This document shows positions 10,703 to 23,412 of a stretch of 64,000 bases of DNA, piece by piece. The notes beneath the pieces were generated by a model that ran no database searches, was not told where the DNA came from, and saw only the letters and a program-made list of their open reading frames with translations. The stretch covers positions 13,392,001 to 13,456,000 of the forward strand of contig CM060734.1 of the NCBI GenBank assembly GCA_030704615.1, written 5' to 3'. The DNA comes from Takakia lepidozioides (lineage: Eukaryota > Plantae > Bryophyta). Numbering within the stretch: position 1 is the stretch's first letter; each line of letters begins with the position of its first letter. Position numbers and translations under genes: made by a program.

Positions 10703-13700
10703 TCTTTCCTGTTTGTTGCTTCATGAATTTCGGAGCTAAGGTCCCTTCATTGGCCTCATCTTTCCATTATCAGAGCTTATGTGTAGCTAAAAGGTAAAAC
10801 TCTACATTCTGATGTAAGTGTTGATGTACCTTTGCTTGTCACGGCTTGTTTTGTTTGTTGACCTTGGAGAGTTGAGATTGTAGGCATGTTTATTTCTATG
10901 GTTCCTTTGTAACCAGAAGTAAAAGCTACAAAGAAGAGGGAGGTCATTTATGTGATGGGGTCTGGTATGCACTCCCTTACGGGGTGAGTGCATACCACAC
11001 TCACTCCATAAGGAGCTGCCATACCAGGGGATGGTTGGTGGGTTCCATCTCTCTCTCCCTCCCTCCATGGATCTGGCTGGTTCTCTTAAAACTTGATAGT
11101 TTAAGACCGGTGGTATGTTACCTAACCCCTAATTAACCTTCTTGGAATTTGGTTAATTTCGGTTATTTACATTACCCGGATTTTTGGTATAAGGTCGGGA
11201 TCCTAATGGAGCCATCATATTATTTAATTTTTTCATCCATAAATGGATGTCATCCTCAGAGGATGACACGGATGAAAAATCGATAGACAATTTACCTATT
11301 TTCCAAAATGGTAAGACATTGGTAGATGTGAACAGAATGATTCAGGCATTGTATTCAAGTTGCTTTAGGATAAATAATACCAAAGTAACCTGCAGGCAAA
11401 CAAATCCCTGAGTTAGGTGGTTGCCAGGTAATAGGCACTGTGTCCAAAAGAGCTAACTGAGGAGGTCCAGGTGATGTCACTGAACTCCCATCACTCACCA
11501 ATGGATATGCCTCCTGCCATGCTTGGTGCACACACTCGCCTGCTACTCGATGCAAATTCTCAATTGTACCCCACAGTGGAATATGAACAGGCACATGAGG
11601 AAGTAAATCAGCCTTGTATGCCAATTGTTTGTCCTCATCAGGTGGTGGCCTATCATCTGCATGGCTATTGCCCTCCAAGAGTTCACCACCCCAAGCCACC
11701 ACCCCTGAGAATGCAGCCAATGTGGGCATCATGTTCCTATGATCCACCGCTACATTCCCAATAAACCGCACTGGGAGCAGTGCACATCGACCATCCCCTG
11801 ACTGCCATTCTAGCCTGTAGGATGCCGTTTCCTCCCAAAAGTCCAAAGTAAAGCCCATCGGGTATAACACAGCCCCACCAACAAGCACATCATAAGACAT
11901 CGCGTCCGTAATAATGGCTTTAGCTCTCATGACAGAGCCATCTGTAGATGATCTGGCTGCAATCGAATGAAGAGCTCATGGCGTGTAATCCCTCATGCTT
12001 TCTCTGAACCGCCCAAAGATGTTTGAATTTGGAAAGGGCAAGGCTTCAAATCCGCCTCTATAAGGCCCAAGCCTGCAATTGCTGCTCTCCCCAACATCAA
12101 TGGCTGTGCGCCCGAGTCCAACAAGACCCGCAGTGGCCTATACCTCCTCCCGGCTGGGCCACCCAACTGAAATACACCATCCTGATTGTCCACTAGGACT
12201 ACCCCAAGAGTCACCATACTACGTTCAATGGCTGGTCTAGCTGGCAACTCCTGCAACCTTGCAGCTGCCGCTTGCCATAGGGCAGGTGTGGCTGTCTTCA
12301 CCCTTGAATCCAGGGCATCCATGCACTGCACCTTATCCGCTATCCCCACAGATAGTGCCGATGCATCACCACTCTCACAGAGTGCAGCTGCCAGTCTAAA
12401 CACTGCAGCTGGCCGCATCCCCGGCATTGCAATTGTCGTGGCAGAAAACAATGGAGCTTGACAAATTGCCGTAGTCACCCCCAACAATCTACTGGCTGCA
12501 ACTTGCTTTGCAGCACCACCCATTGGCATTTCCCGAGCCACACCAACTCTCCCCAATGGCACTCGTGGCTCTACCTCTGACACACTTGGGCGAGCGGGTG
12601 TCATTGATGGCATAGTTGGCACTGTCTCAGCCAATGTGAAAGACTGTGGAAGAATTGTTTGCCAACTTGCTTCCCTTCTTTGTGGATCAAAATCCACATC
12701 TGCTCCTCTTGGCTCAGGAGCACGCATTGCTCCTCGAGTGACAGCAGCTGGAGAGTCCACATGCAATGATCCTGCAAGTGCGGCTCCACACATGAAGCCC
12801 ATACCAATCTGGTCTTCCCTAGGCATACAGGTGGGGCTTGAACCTCAAACCTCGGAGCTGGCGCAACATGAGTAGTGGCCATGGTAGCAAGACATTGCTC
12901 TAGCTGGGCAAGTCTATCCATCATGCCTTGGTCATGACCTTGACCTTGACCTTGTGCTCCTTGGTTTTGGTTATGACCTCCACCACGACCTCTGCCTCCT
13001 CTACCTCTCTGGACTACATTGCCTCGTCATCGGCCACCATTGTTCCCTTGGAACTGGCCTGGCCATAGCTTAGGATGCAAGTCATAATAGTGGGCCTCTT
13101 CATGCCCATACTTGCCACAATGCCCACACTGTGGTTGTGTAGGTTGTGCCTGTGCCGGCCCTTTGCCTCTCTCCGGACAATCTCTCTTAACATAGGGTCC
13201 TCCACAATCCCAACATGTCACTCCCGATTGTTGTTGGCATGAGAATGAAGAAAATGACCTCTGCAATTGAGATCCTCTTTGTCCTTCCCTGGGCTTTGCC
13301 TGAGCCCCCTTGTTGCCTTGAGCACATTGGGGTAGTGGTTGTTGTTGGCTAGGAGCCCCACTTCATTGTGTCTCCTTACCAAACCCCACCATGACCACTC
13401 GCTCCTCCACCATATTGAGCTCTATCCGCTCTGCCAGCAAAAACACATTTGCTAAGGTGGGTTGGGCCACTTGTAGGAGAATTGCATCCCGTACCCTTCT
13501 CCTCAGCTCCTTGTCCAATATCCCATACCAGAATTGGACTGCTTGAGCTCCCGTAACCCCTTGGGTTACATTTATCAATCGCCTCATGCGTGTGTAAGCC
13601 TCCCTCAAACTCTCAGTAGGCTTGCGTAACTCTTGCAAGCTCCGAAATTTCTCCGTCCTTATCCCCTGGTAGTTTCTCCTTAACTCTTCGAAGAATTCCA

Positions 13701-15019
13701 CAACTGGGTTAAAGGCAGGCACAAGTGTTGATGCTGCAGCAGGAGCTTGAGTGGATTTCCCAGCTCCTGTACCACTTGTCCCACTACTAGTGCTTGCAGT
13801 TGGGGATGTTGGTGTAGCTGCTGGTGTCGCTGCTGCCCTTGTGCCTCTAGTGATGGAGACATAGTCAGGTGACCAATATTGTCGTCACTCCTCAATCTCC
13901 ACCTCATTTCCCTGCCTAAACTCATGGTAGTCATCCATAGGCGGCTTCTCAAGGTGCTGAAACAGCCCCTTCCATGCCATAAAAGGCGTAAACAGTTGTG
14001 GATTGCGCATCTGCTGCAAATCACACCAACTATCAAACTCTTGTATGAAATCATCAAGCTCGATGGTGCCCACAGCTCCAGAGTACCAACGTGGCCCCTT
14101 GGTAGCTCCATACATTTCCTCCATCGTATCCCACAACAATGGCACGGAAATGGCTTGCACCCTCGGCGAGAATCCTCCTAATTCTGAGTCTGAACCTTCC
14201 TCAGAAGACACTGAAGGTGAAGGTGGTCTAAACCGCACATCTCGTCTTGTATACCCACTAGTATCGCTGGTGCTCATACCGGCACTCTCCTCAACAACTG
14301 GTGGCACCTCCGTGATGAAAACTCACAACCACACCTGTTGTAAACCTGTCTCTAATCCCCCTTTCCACAAGGTAACCGGGTAGAGAACCTGTTGCAGCTT
14401 ATGGCTTAGACTACTAGGTTCGTAACATAAACCTGCACCTGCATCCACCACAAGCACTCCTATGGTCTGCTGGTTATCAACCCAGCCTCACCATAAGAGA
14501 AACAATGATGGTCTGACTGGTCATCACCCCAGCCTCACCACCGACAGCACGCTCTAGGATTGGCTGGTGATCAAATCTGGACCAACCTCCTATGAAAACA
14601 AGCGCCCACACAAAGCTAACATGGCGCACAGTCAAGCATGCAGGTGTGGAGGGGATCCAAACACAAGAAAATCAAGATAGGAACTCCCCCACACCAAAAA
14701 CACTTCACAGTGTCGCTCCTGCAATGACACCCCAGCCCAAACCCGGATTGGCTCTTGCCTCCACCTACGAAAAGGTTTTGGCCTACATAGAGAGTGAAAG
14801 ACTACAAGGAAGAGAGACTAAAGCAATTCCTAATCCTAGCATGCTCTCATCCCACTACCCTATCTCCATACTCTCTTGCTGGAGCAATAGACAAGACTAC
14901 CTTTTAAGGGGTCAATCAAATAACTCTCCAAAAGCCCTCAAGATGTCTCTCAAACAATCTCACTAAGGCTCCCAAACCTTGCACAATGGGACTCCAAACA
15001 GTACACCAAGGCCCCAAGA

Positions 15020-15500
15020 GCCTACCAAAACTTGGCCCTCCAGGACCCCAAATAATCCCTCATACAAGTCGCCAAAGACTCCTCCAGCTCGCCAAATATT
15101 GGCCTCCAAGGACCCCCGATGGTCCTCCAAATAGTCCTCCAATGACTCCCAATGGTCCTTCAAATAGTCCTCCAAGGACCTCCAAAGGTCTCCCCCAAAC
15201 AGTCCTCCAAGGACTCCCAATGGTCCTCCAAGGACTCTTCCTATGTCACTATGTTCCCAATGCATTCCCAATAAGTTCCCTAAGAATATTCCCGAGAATA
15301 TGCCATAGTATTCCCCCAGTATTTCCCTGGGCCTATATGTATTTTTCTTGTATTCCCCTTGTATTCTCCTTAGGAATAGCCATTTCCCCCTTGGAATAGC
15401 CATTTTCCTCTGGCAATAGCCATTTCCCCATCATAGAGTAGTTCAATTCCCCCTAGGGTTTAGCCATTTCCCCCTAAGCTTTAGCCACTTCCCCCTCTAT
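15020..15500. repeat. Short tandem repeats (11/33-bp ggtcctccaa type and about 22-bp ggaatagccatttcccc type) in the retroelement non-coding region
   Basis: Directly visible periodic motifs. Confidence 0.75.
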
Positions 15501-18129
15501 TTCCTTCAGGTTTAGCCTTACCAAGCTAGGGTTTGTGCTCCTTGGGGCTCTATGCTTAATCCCCTCAAGCATCCATGAATTCTATGGGGTACCAAGGCAA
15601 ATTCCCTTGATCTTCTTCACCTTAAGCTACTCAAGCTTGTCTCCAACTCAACTAGCAATGCATTGGCCACACAACAAGCTCAATTTCTCCTTGGAAGCTA
15701 AAAACAAGCTTCTACCTCTTTTGGCAAGCCACCAAGCCTTGTCTCCTCTCAAGCCTTGGTCATTCAAGCTCCCTTCACTTGCTAGCTCAAGAGCCACTCC
15801 TCTCAAGTTTGAAATTGCAAAGCTCCACACATGCATCACCTCATATACAAGGGAATCAACTTGCTCCTTTTCAAACCTCTTGAGCTTCTTAATGCTCTCC
15901 AAGTGCTTTCCCTTGTCGTCTTCAAGCCCAAGCCTATGTAGCTCCTTGGCTTCTCTTCCACAACATCTACACTTGAGCTTGCTTAGCCCTAGATTGTTAA
16001 TGAAATGAGCACCAACAATCATTTAGTCGCTCTCCACAAGCCATGGCATACACCATTGACTCCATAATGCATTGAAAAGATTCTCAAACCCTAGAATCCA
16101 TGCTTCCACACACACAAGACTTCCCTCTTGTAATCATTGCAAATCTTGTGGCAACAAGCTTCTTCTTGAGCTCTCCAACATCTTGGGTGTAACACCACAA
16201 GTACCTTTCCTTGCAACCCTTGCAAGCCTTGTGATACAAGACCTAAATTCTCCTAGCTCTCCAATTCTTTGGTGCATGCAACTTCACCAAGCACCTTTCC
16301 TTGCAACACCTTGCAAGCCTTGTGAGATACTTGAGCTTTTCCTAGCTCTCCCACTCCTTGGTGTACACCAACACAAGTGCTAAGCTAATCCTTACACTCC
16401 GTACTCATAAGCATAAGGTCATCTTCTTGTAGTGATAATGAAAGTGAACACAATGGAAACACTCTACTCATGAATCCACTCAATCACATAAACTAAATCA
16501 AGTCAAGGGCACCCTTGCTAAGGGAATCCACCCTACAAAGCCCTCAATACACTCCCTCTCACCTAGAGCTATGGAGATGAGAGATGCTCATAGAGGCTCA
16601 ACTACAAGAAGATGAGCCCTCTTCAACACTCACAAGGGGAAAACCCATCCCCATGTCCCAAGTGAGGTTTGACACCTCACTTGACATGTGAGACCAAATA
16701 AAGTCCCAACACACAAAATACAAATATAAATGTCCTAGTTAACTGGAAGTAGGTAATTCCAGTTTACCATGACTAAAACCATGACACGGGCCATTACTGA
16801 ACTGGTCTTGACTGGGGGCGGGGGTGTCGTGACATCGTGGTCCATCATCTTCTGGTTGTGATCGGGGGCCGGGAGCACGCTCGTTGAGGGCACCAGCGAA
16901 TTGGGAAGGCTCGGTGCAGGGGGGTCGATAATACTGCGGGCATCATGAAATTCGAGCTCCATATCTGCTGCAGGGAGGTGAGAAGGGGAGGAGACAGGAC
17001 GGATGGGCAGTTTGCTAGCTTTGTCTTTTGGTCGGGATTTGAGGGGAGGAGCAGACAGTGGGAGAGAAGACATGAGTGGGGATGGGGGAGGTGCGAGTTC
17101 GCGAGGGAGGGGGTCGTGCAGTAAGATAGAGGTAGAGAGAGATGGAAGAACTCTAGCGCAATCAGAATATATACTGCAGAGAGATTGTAGATGAGGAGAG
17201 AGTGAGAGAGGGGAAGTGAGTATAGGTAATCGAGGGGTAAGACAGTAATCAGAAGTATGCTTGGAGGAGAGTATGAAGATTGCCCTGGGGTGGAGGAGGG
17301 AGGAGAGGTGAGGAGAATATATATGTGGGCAAAAGCTGGTGGCTTGGGCCAAGGCAAGGCGGGTATGCGAGCAAAGGGAAGCGGAAAGGCAGGTTGCCTG
17401 AGCGTAATAATTGGGATTGAATAGCGATGGCGTGAGGTGGAGGGCTGTGGGATATGGTGAGCACGATGGGGGCGGCTATAACAGTACAGCTTATGGTGCA
17501 GCTTGAGTTGGTATTGAAGTGGCTGTAAATACCGAGATGTTTTGTGAGCTAAGGGGCAGCCTGCAGGCTTGTACATATAATCGCGATGGTAAGCATAATG
17601 AGGGTGGGGGTTGGCATGCGCAAGAAGGGAAGCAGCCTGCACGGATGGGGGCGATATAGGTCTGAGCAGCAAACATTCGTGTCTGCTGAGGATACGAGTG
17701 GCCCAACAACCGAGCAAGTGGTCGCAGGGGTGGATTGTATGAGTAATGAGGCTGCCGCAGTGACATAGTGAGGGTGTTGGCATTGTAGAGGTGTAAGTGG
17801 GTGAGTTCAAGGCTATGGGCGCAAGATGATTATGGGGGTGAATGTAGCGACGGCTGGAGGTGATTGCAGTGAGTGTTACTGTGAGTGTGGTGTAGTGGGA
17901 AGGGGGGGGGTCTCTGTGGTGAGAGAGGAGTGGGCTAGATAGGAGGGGTCCTAGAGGGGGTGTGAGTGAGGAGCACATGTGGGTAGATATATGTGGAGAG
18001 CATTTGGGCGGGTGTGAAGTGGTGGGTATAAGGAGCAGTCGGGGGTGAGGAAAGTATCGTGCACATACATATTGCTACACAACTACATCGCTGTCCAAAA
18101 CCACACAACACATGTGCACACCAAACTAT

Positions 18130-18250
18130 AGTCCACCACTAGTCCATCACTAGGCTGCCACTAGGCAACCACTAGTCACCACTAGTGCAGCCACTAGTCC
18201 ACCACTAGTGCAACCACTAGTCCCCCACTAGGCTGCCGCTAGTCCATCAC
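18130..18250. repeat. About 11-bp minisatellite (ccactag core)
   Basis: About 11 consecutive ccactagt/ccactagg units. Confidence 0.85.
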
Positions 18251-18550
18251 AATGATAAATAAGAAGGATACAAGCTCACACGAGCTCACAAACCTGATGC
18301 ATATATAAAATCATCACTCAAATACAAGTCAAGCCAAGTGCACCCCATGCCATGGGGAATCCATACTACGACGCCATAGCTAGACGCGGTGAGGCTCAAC
18401 TCACGAAAGATGAGCCCACCGCGATCTGCCGTGAAGATAACCACGCCCGGTGCCCAAACATACATTGGCCCCTGGATTGACACTTGGGTCAATCCCAAAT
18501 GTCAATATATAAAAACTAACTATTTCCTAGCTAGTTTCACGCTAGTGATA
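18250..18550 (-). mobile_element. LTR fragment homologous to 1310-1600
   Basis: Colinear high similarity to the end of the first LTR in the window. Confidence 0.8.
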
Positions 18551-19399
18551 ACCTATCAAGCCGTTTCGTTTGTCATCTCCAATCTTTGCCACGGCTCTCC
18601 GCATTCGTCTTGGCTTACCACATCCTTCTGTGCTTGTCTTACAGCGTTGTGTTTGTCACTAGCCCATCGATCCACTTGCTGTTCATCTCCTTCGTTGTCC
18701 ATGTGGAGGAGACTGTACAGTGACTCATGATGTTGTGCGGGACACCGTCGCTTCTGTTGCTCGAGAGGCTGGATTCCATGTATTACGGGAGCAAACTCAC
18801 ATGCTTCCCTCTCGTATGCCTCAGTCCACTCGTCGACACGTCGACATCGTCTTATCTCGAGATGGTTTGCATACCCTTGCATAAATCCTACTCGATCCGA
18901 CTGACTTTCTCGATCGGTCTTTTCCCAAGGCACTGCCACTTTGATTGCTGCACAGACCAAGCAAAGATTATCAAGACCGTCATCCTACAGATGCGTTCCT
19001 TCCACTGCCTGTGGAGATCTTTGGATGTCTTCATCGTCAGTTCGACGACTTTCTTTGTACTTGTGCTCATCATGCTGCTCAGAACAAGATCAATGGCATT
19101 CCCCATGCTTCTGTCTTCGTAGCTTTCTATAGACAACGGGTTCCCGTAGCACTACAAAGGGCACAGACTATGTCCATCTTGCACCGGGCCACTGTAGCTG
19201 GCATGGCTTCGTCTCATCTTTTTGCTCTTCCCGATATCACACCCATTTCTATGTCTAATGTGATTCAGGCAGTTGGATGGGATGATCATTTGGTTTGATT
19301 GGCTTACTACGTTTTCTTTTTCATTTCTTTATGTTAACTCTTCCCTTGCTATGGGAAGTTTCCATCCTTTGTACAGTTACCTCATGTCAGTTTATAAAT

Positions 19400-20280
19400 A
19401 AAGCTTTACAGGGTTTTATCACCTTGGTTATGTCTGGTTACCCGCAATCCATTAATTATGGGATGGTTGTAGTGGAGAAGTAAGTTTGGCCATGTGTCTA
19501 TTTGGGGATGATGAACATAACATGCAGTGTTTATTAGAGTATAATAATGGCCAGAACAAGTTCCGTCGTTGATTGCCCATGTATTGACCATACCGAAATT
19601 TCAGAGTTTGTTTGATTTGTGCATCAATTACCTTGGGGGATGTCCACAAATGATTGGACATACTATGTAGCAGGTGCGAGGACGTGACCCACTTAGATAT
19701 GTAGGAATTTGTGTAGGTGCGGGATTCATATATGAGTTGTTTAGTTTCGCCTTGAATGTACGTATACATGTTCCGTATGGGTGCTATGGTCGGGAATCTA
19801 GTGCCCCTTGTTGATATGAGCCAAAACGGATATGTGTGCGACCGATGGATATGGCTGGTCGAGGGGTTGATGATTGGTTGAATGGGGCACCAAGTTGCAA
19901 TGTCATTACCTGTTATGTCTGTATGAGATCAAACTTTATGTATATGGATTTGCAACGGTAAAGAGGATGCAACATCAACGATTGTTTTATAAGTGTAATA
20001 TCAGGATGGTGGATCTGTGAAGATGGCTTGCAGATTTGGTTGGTGAGAAGGTATAAGGAGACCAAGCTGTCTGTAAATAAATAATATGTTGAAGTAGGTT
20101 GGTAGGGGAGAGCTTTCAGGGTATCATGTATAGCCATAAGCTCCGCTAGCAAGATATTATGGCGACCAGGGAGACGGCTATACATTTTGGAGTTGGTGCC
20201 AACTAAATATATATACCATAACCTGCCTAGGCCTCTTTTAAGGAGCCATCAGTATATATGCATTTTTGTGGTGGGAATCC
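19400..20280 (-). mobile_element. Non-LTR retrotransposon 3' fragment: RNase H, C-terminal zinc finger and RHN motif (Dualen/RandI-like)
   Basis: RNase H motifs CIYTDGS...AGYGIY, LAELMAIH, LFTDSLVSL and KV*SHTDITGNDIA. These are followed by LKFRYGQYMG...CMLC...DTWPNLL...NGLRVTRHN. Frameshifted. Confidence 0.7.
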
Positions 20281-20519
20281 CCACCAGAACATAACTTTGG
20301 CACGGTATCCAAACAAGGAACCACCAATTACTCAAAGAAAGAATATACTTGTAAGACTTTGTTGGCCATAGCCTTGTGGCCATAAACCCGGCGCCCAGTT
20401 TGGACAAAACGTAGGGAATATGCACTACCTTTGTGAGGGGCTGATGATTTTAGTAGTTATTTCCCCTTTTATATGGTTGCCAGTCCGAGATGCAAATGAA
20501 CAGTATCTGGTTGAGCTCA

Positions 20520-20810
20520 CCCCTTCATGCATCAGTTGCTTGGAAGTCATCAAAGCCTCCATTCCATACACAACCTGGGCATAGCCTTGTATTATGGCAC
20601 TACATTCACCAATATCCTCAAACACACCCTTTCCTCTGTCCGTGCTACCGCATTTGGTATACATGTCCATGAGGGCATTTCACAGAATGATATTTGGTAT
20701 GATTCCATCATAGACCTGTTCATGCCTACCAAATATCATCATTTCCTGCATCATTTGCTCATAAGACTTGAAGTACTAAGAGCATCTGTCATGACCTTGC
20801 GGGACCCACA
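20520..20810 (-). pseudogene. Degenerate PLS-class PPR gene fragment
   Basis: DGIIPNIIL*NALMDMYTKCGSTDRGKGVFEDI and SAIIQGYAQVVYGMEAL resemble PLS PPR repeats. Stops and deletions are present. Confidence 0.6.
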
Positions 20811-21104
20811 ATACTCCACACTTGGCTACATGTTGACAAAGATGTGACATAAAAACATGTTCAGGTTAAATTCACTCTGATGAGTATGACAATCATAAAC
20901 ATACGTAATTGGAGTTGCAACATGACATGTTTGTTGCATGCACGCTCACAGCGGTCTGCTTGCAGCTTCGCTAGAGTCAATTTCTACCTAAGATCAGATG
21001 GCTTGCAGCCAACATTGATATGGATCAAGCTTGTTTATCACCCCTTGCCTGATTCTTCAAATTACTGCAATACAGTTGTTTCTTTGCGCATCATAAGAAT
21101 GTAC

Positions 21105-23412
21105 TCATAAGACGTTGTTTGCCGTAGCCTTCTGGCCATTGCGCATCATAAAGGTAAGCTTGGATTTGAAATCTGCAGGAAAGCGAGTCGGCTTGTACTT
21201 TTTGTCAAGGCATACTACAGTGACTGCTGCTTCGAGTACAGGCTGCACAAACCACACCCACTCAGGTCAAATGCTCTAATTTTCTACCTTCATGCACGCT
21301 CATGGCCACTACCTTCATGTAAACCTGGACTACTGGAACATTCAGACTAGTGGAACCATGATATGTACAATTACTACAAGCAGGATGTATGCTTTGCATT
21401 ATACACGCAAAAAAAAAAAAAAAAAACTGCAGAATTGTTAATAAAGAGGTCCGTAGGAAAATTGCAGCCAATACTCAGAAGCTTGTTGGTGCTAGCTGCT
21501 ACCTCATTTCAACCTAAAATAACCAAAAGCAGCTAGGTGCTCCCAAGCCTGGATCACCATCTCAACATCCACGTCCTGGGAGGAATATACTAATCTCCTA
21601 ACCCACAGTGAACACTCGAACTTGGAGGTTCAACAATAACAAACCCACCTCTCTGTCAGGAAGCTTGTATATTCGATGCTCAAAGAAGAGGCGCACTGCT
21701 GATGATCCTGTAATTCTTGCTGTCACTATAAAACGATCACCACTCTGGCTGTACCCATCATGCCCACCATCCTGGCTTAGATCTCCCTTTTCTCTATGAC
21801 ATTTGGAGGTAGCTCACATATAATCAGCCCCTATTACATTCTTTAATAGTTACACTGACGACAACCAAGTAATTGAACTGCCAAGCTGTATGGATACCAA
21901 CAGGACAAGACTACTGTCCTGTATCACCATACAGCCCAAACCATTATGGAAGGCAAAGAATGCATACTCTGAGAGGTGCAAGATACTTTAACGACATCTC
22001 GGACAGAGCAAGGGCATTGCCAGTTCGAGCAATTTGATCTTGGCTCAATCCTACAGCTTCACACAATTCATGCCGGGCTGCCAAATACCACACACATGGC
22101 ATGTGTTCCAGGTCAGCAAAGATCTGCAAATCTCAGGAATCCTGCCTCATATCAATTCAGTACACTGTAAGAAGAGTCTCCCCATGTAGGAAATGCACAA
22201 TCCCTCCCTCCAGCATTTTGTTTTGACTTGAAGTTGAGACCCAACACAGTGTCAACCCTTGGGTGTAGCCTGTAAGAGGCCAAGGAAGGGAAAAGACAAG
22301 CAAATGGACCAACCATGCTGGCAATACTTTGCGTAGATGACGTTGTTCACAACTCCATACTGATCCAGTTCATAGTCCCGCACTTTCTCTTCCATTTCAA
22401 AGGCTTCCAACATGCTGCAGTTAACAACCACCCATTGATCCTAGTGATGTGAGCTTTACCCCCCAACACCATACCCCAGAACCCTCTTAAAACGCGCAAT
22501 TAAGAAAAACTGTTAAGAGTCGCAAAGCTACCTTCACTTGGGGTATTACAGAAGAAATGGTAAAAATGATATAAAAAGAAAGGAAGCTCAGACAATATTT
22601 TCCGGCTTCATAATCAAGCTATTGTCGGTAACAAATTAGATAACACACTACCCAATCGAGACGATAAGCCATACATCTCTGTTTTGGACAATTTGTGGAA
22701 CCACGACTTCCTTTTATTCTGCTATCATTCTTCAAACTTGAAGCACGAGCTTTATGGCCACATCCTAAGGAGCTAACACTACTTCGCAATCCAGACCCAC
22801 CAAGTGAAGCTCCGGGAGAGCTGTAGCTACCCTGGCTGCATTGCCAAAGGCTCTAACCCCCCCTCTCTCTCTCTCTTTCTAAACGACTTCCAAATTGAGA
22901 TACGTTTTACCAACAAATTATGTCCAAGAAGTGGAGACTACTCGCATAATTTGTGAGCTGTGTCCTGACACGAATAATAAAAGGACGGTAGATCGAGAAA
23001 CATACCTTTACCAAATCAAGGCCGCAGACTTGCATAAGAAGAAGACTAAATCATACCTTCCCAATACATCATTTTGATACAGAAAGAAAATATGGGTGGG
23101 AAACGCCCATTCCGAATGTAGTATTCAGGTCTCTAGAACCGCAAACTGAACGAGGTGGTGTAACAAGCATGAAAATGTATATCAATACCTGTTACCCCCA
23201 AACAAATTCATACTCTGGAGGCTGCCAGGCGCCCCGCTTGCGAAGACCACAGTGGAACCCCGGTTACAGCATCGCAGCGAGGCGGGCAACGACCCACAAT
23301 ACATTGCCGTCCGACCAACCCGCCCTAAAGAGCGTAATTCCAGCTCAGATTCACAAGGCCAGGCAGCGTTTCCCGTCGCACCCATCGTAACAGAGATTGC
23401 TCCTGTCGCCAT
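21105..23412 (-). CDS. ALT: Acyl-lipid (acyl-ACP) thioesterase, single hotdog fold, ALT/MKS2 family, probable plastid transit peptide
   Basis: Five GT-AG exons in consistent phase: 23412-23189, 22414-22314, 22077-21968, 21744-21649, 21242-21105. Protein motifs: [28 protein letters not shown]...[20 protein letters not shown]...[22 protein letters not shown]. The start could instead be the upstream ATG at 23511. Confidence 0.9.

Larger units (their letters stand above)
10301..16740 (-). mobile_element. Ty3/Gypsy retrotransposon remnant carrying a DNA methyltransferase: LTR/5'UTR, Gag, two zinc knuckles, protease, DNMT
   Basis: Gag-like ORFs at 13363-14307. Knuckles CWDCGGPYVKRDC and CGHCGKYGHEEAHY at 13027-13266. 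Protease VLLDSGAQPLMLG...SYDVLVGGAVL at 11850-12150. The linker ends WQPPNSGICL at 11397 and resumes as DLFGG at 10702 after an insert of about 690 bp. LTR-like non-coding region at about 14800-16740. Confidence 0.8.

Noticed and set aside
4487-11189. Long inverted repeats as the TIRs of a Pack-MULE
   Set aside because: There is no 9-bp TSD, and the right repeat lies inside the DNMT-Gypsy ORF, which continues on both sides of it.
16424-16434. ttcttgtagtg as partner TIR for the CACTA end at 10238
   Set aside because: It lies within LTR sequence with a counterpart near 1275-1290, is an imperfect match and has no 3-bp TSD.
16735-17978. Long 205-aa and 377-aa minus-strand ORFs
   Set aside because: They are low-complexity P/S/L/H-rich translations of a purine-skewed strand. 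They may be a LINE 5' region, but no motif could be identified.
18556-19298. Several overlapping 80-134 aa ORFs
   Set aside because: No recognisable domain or splice structure.
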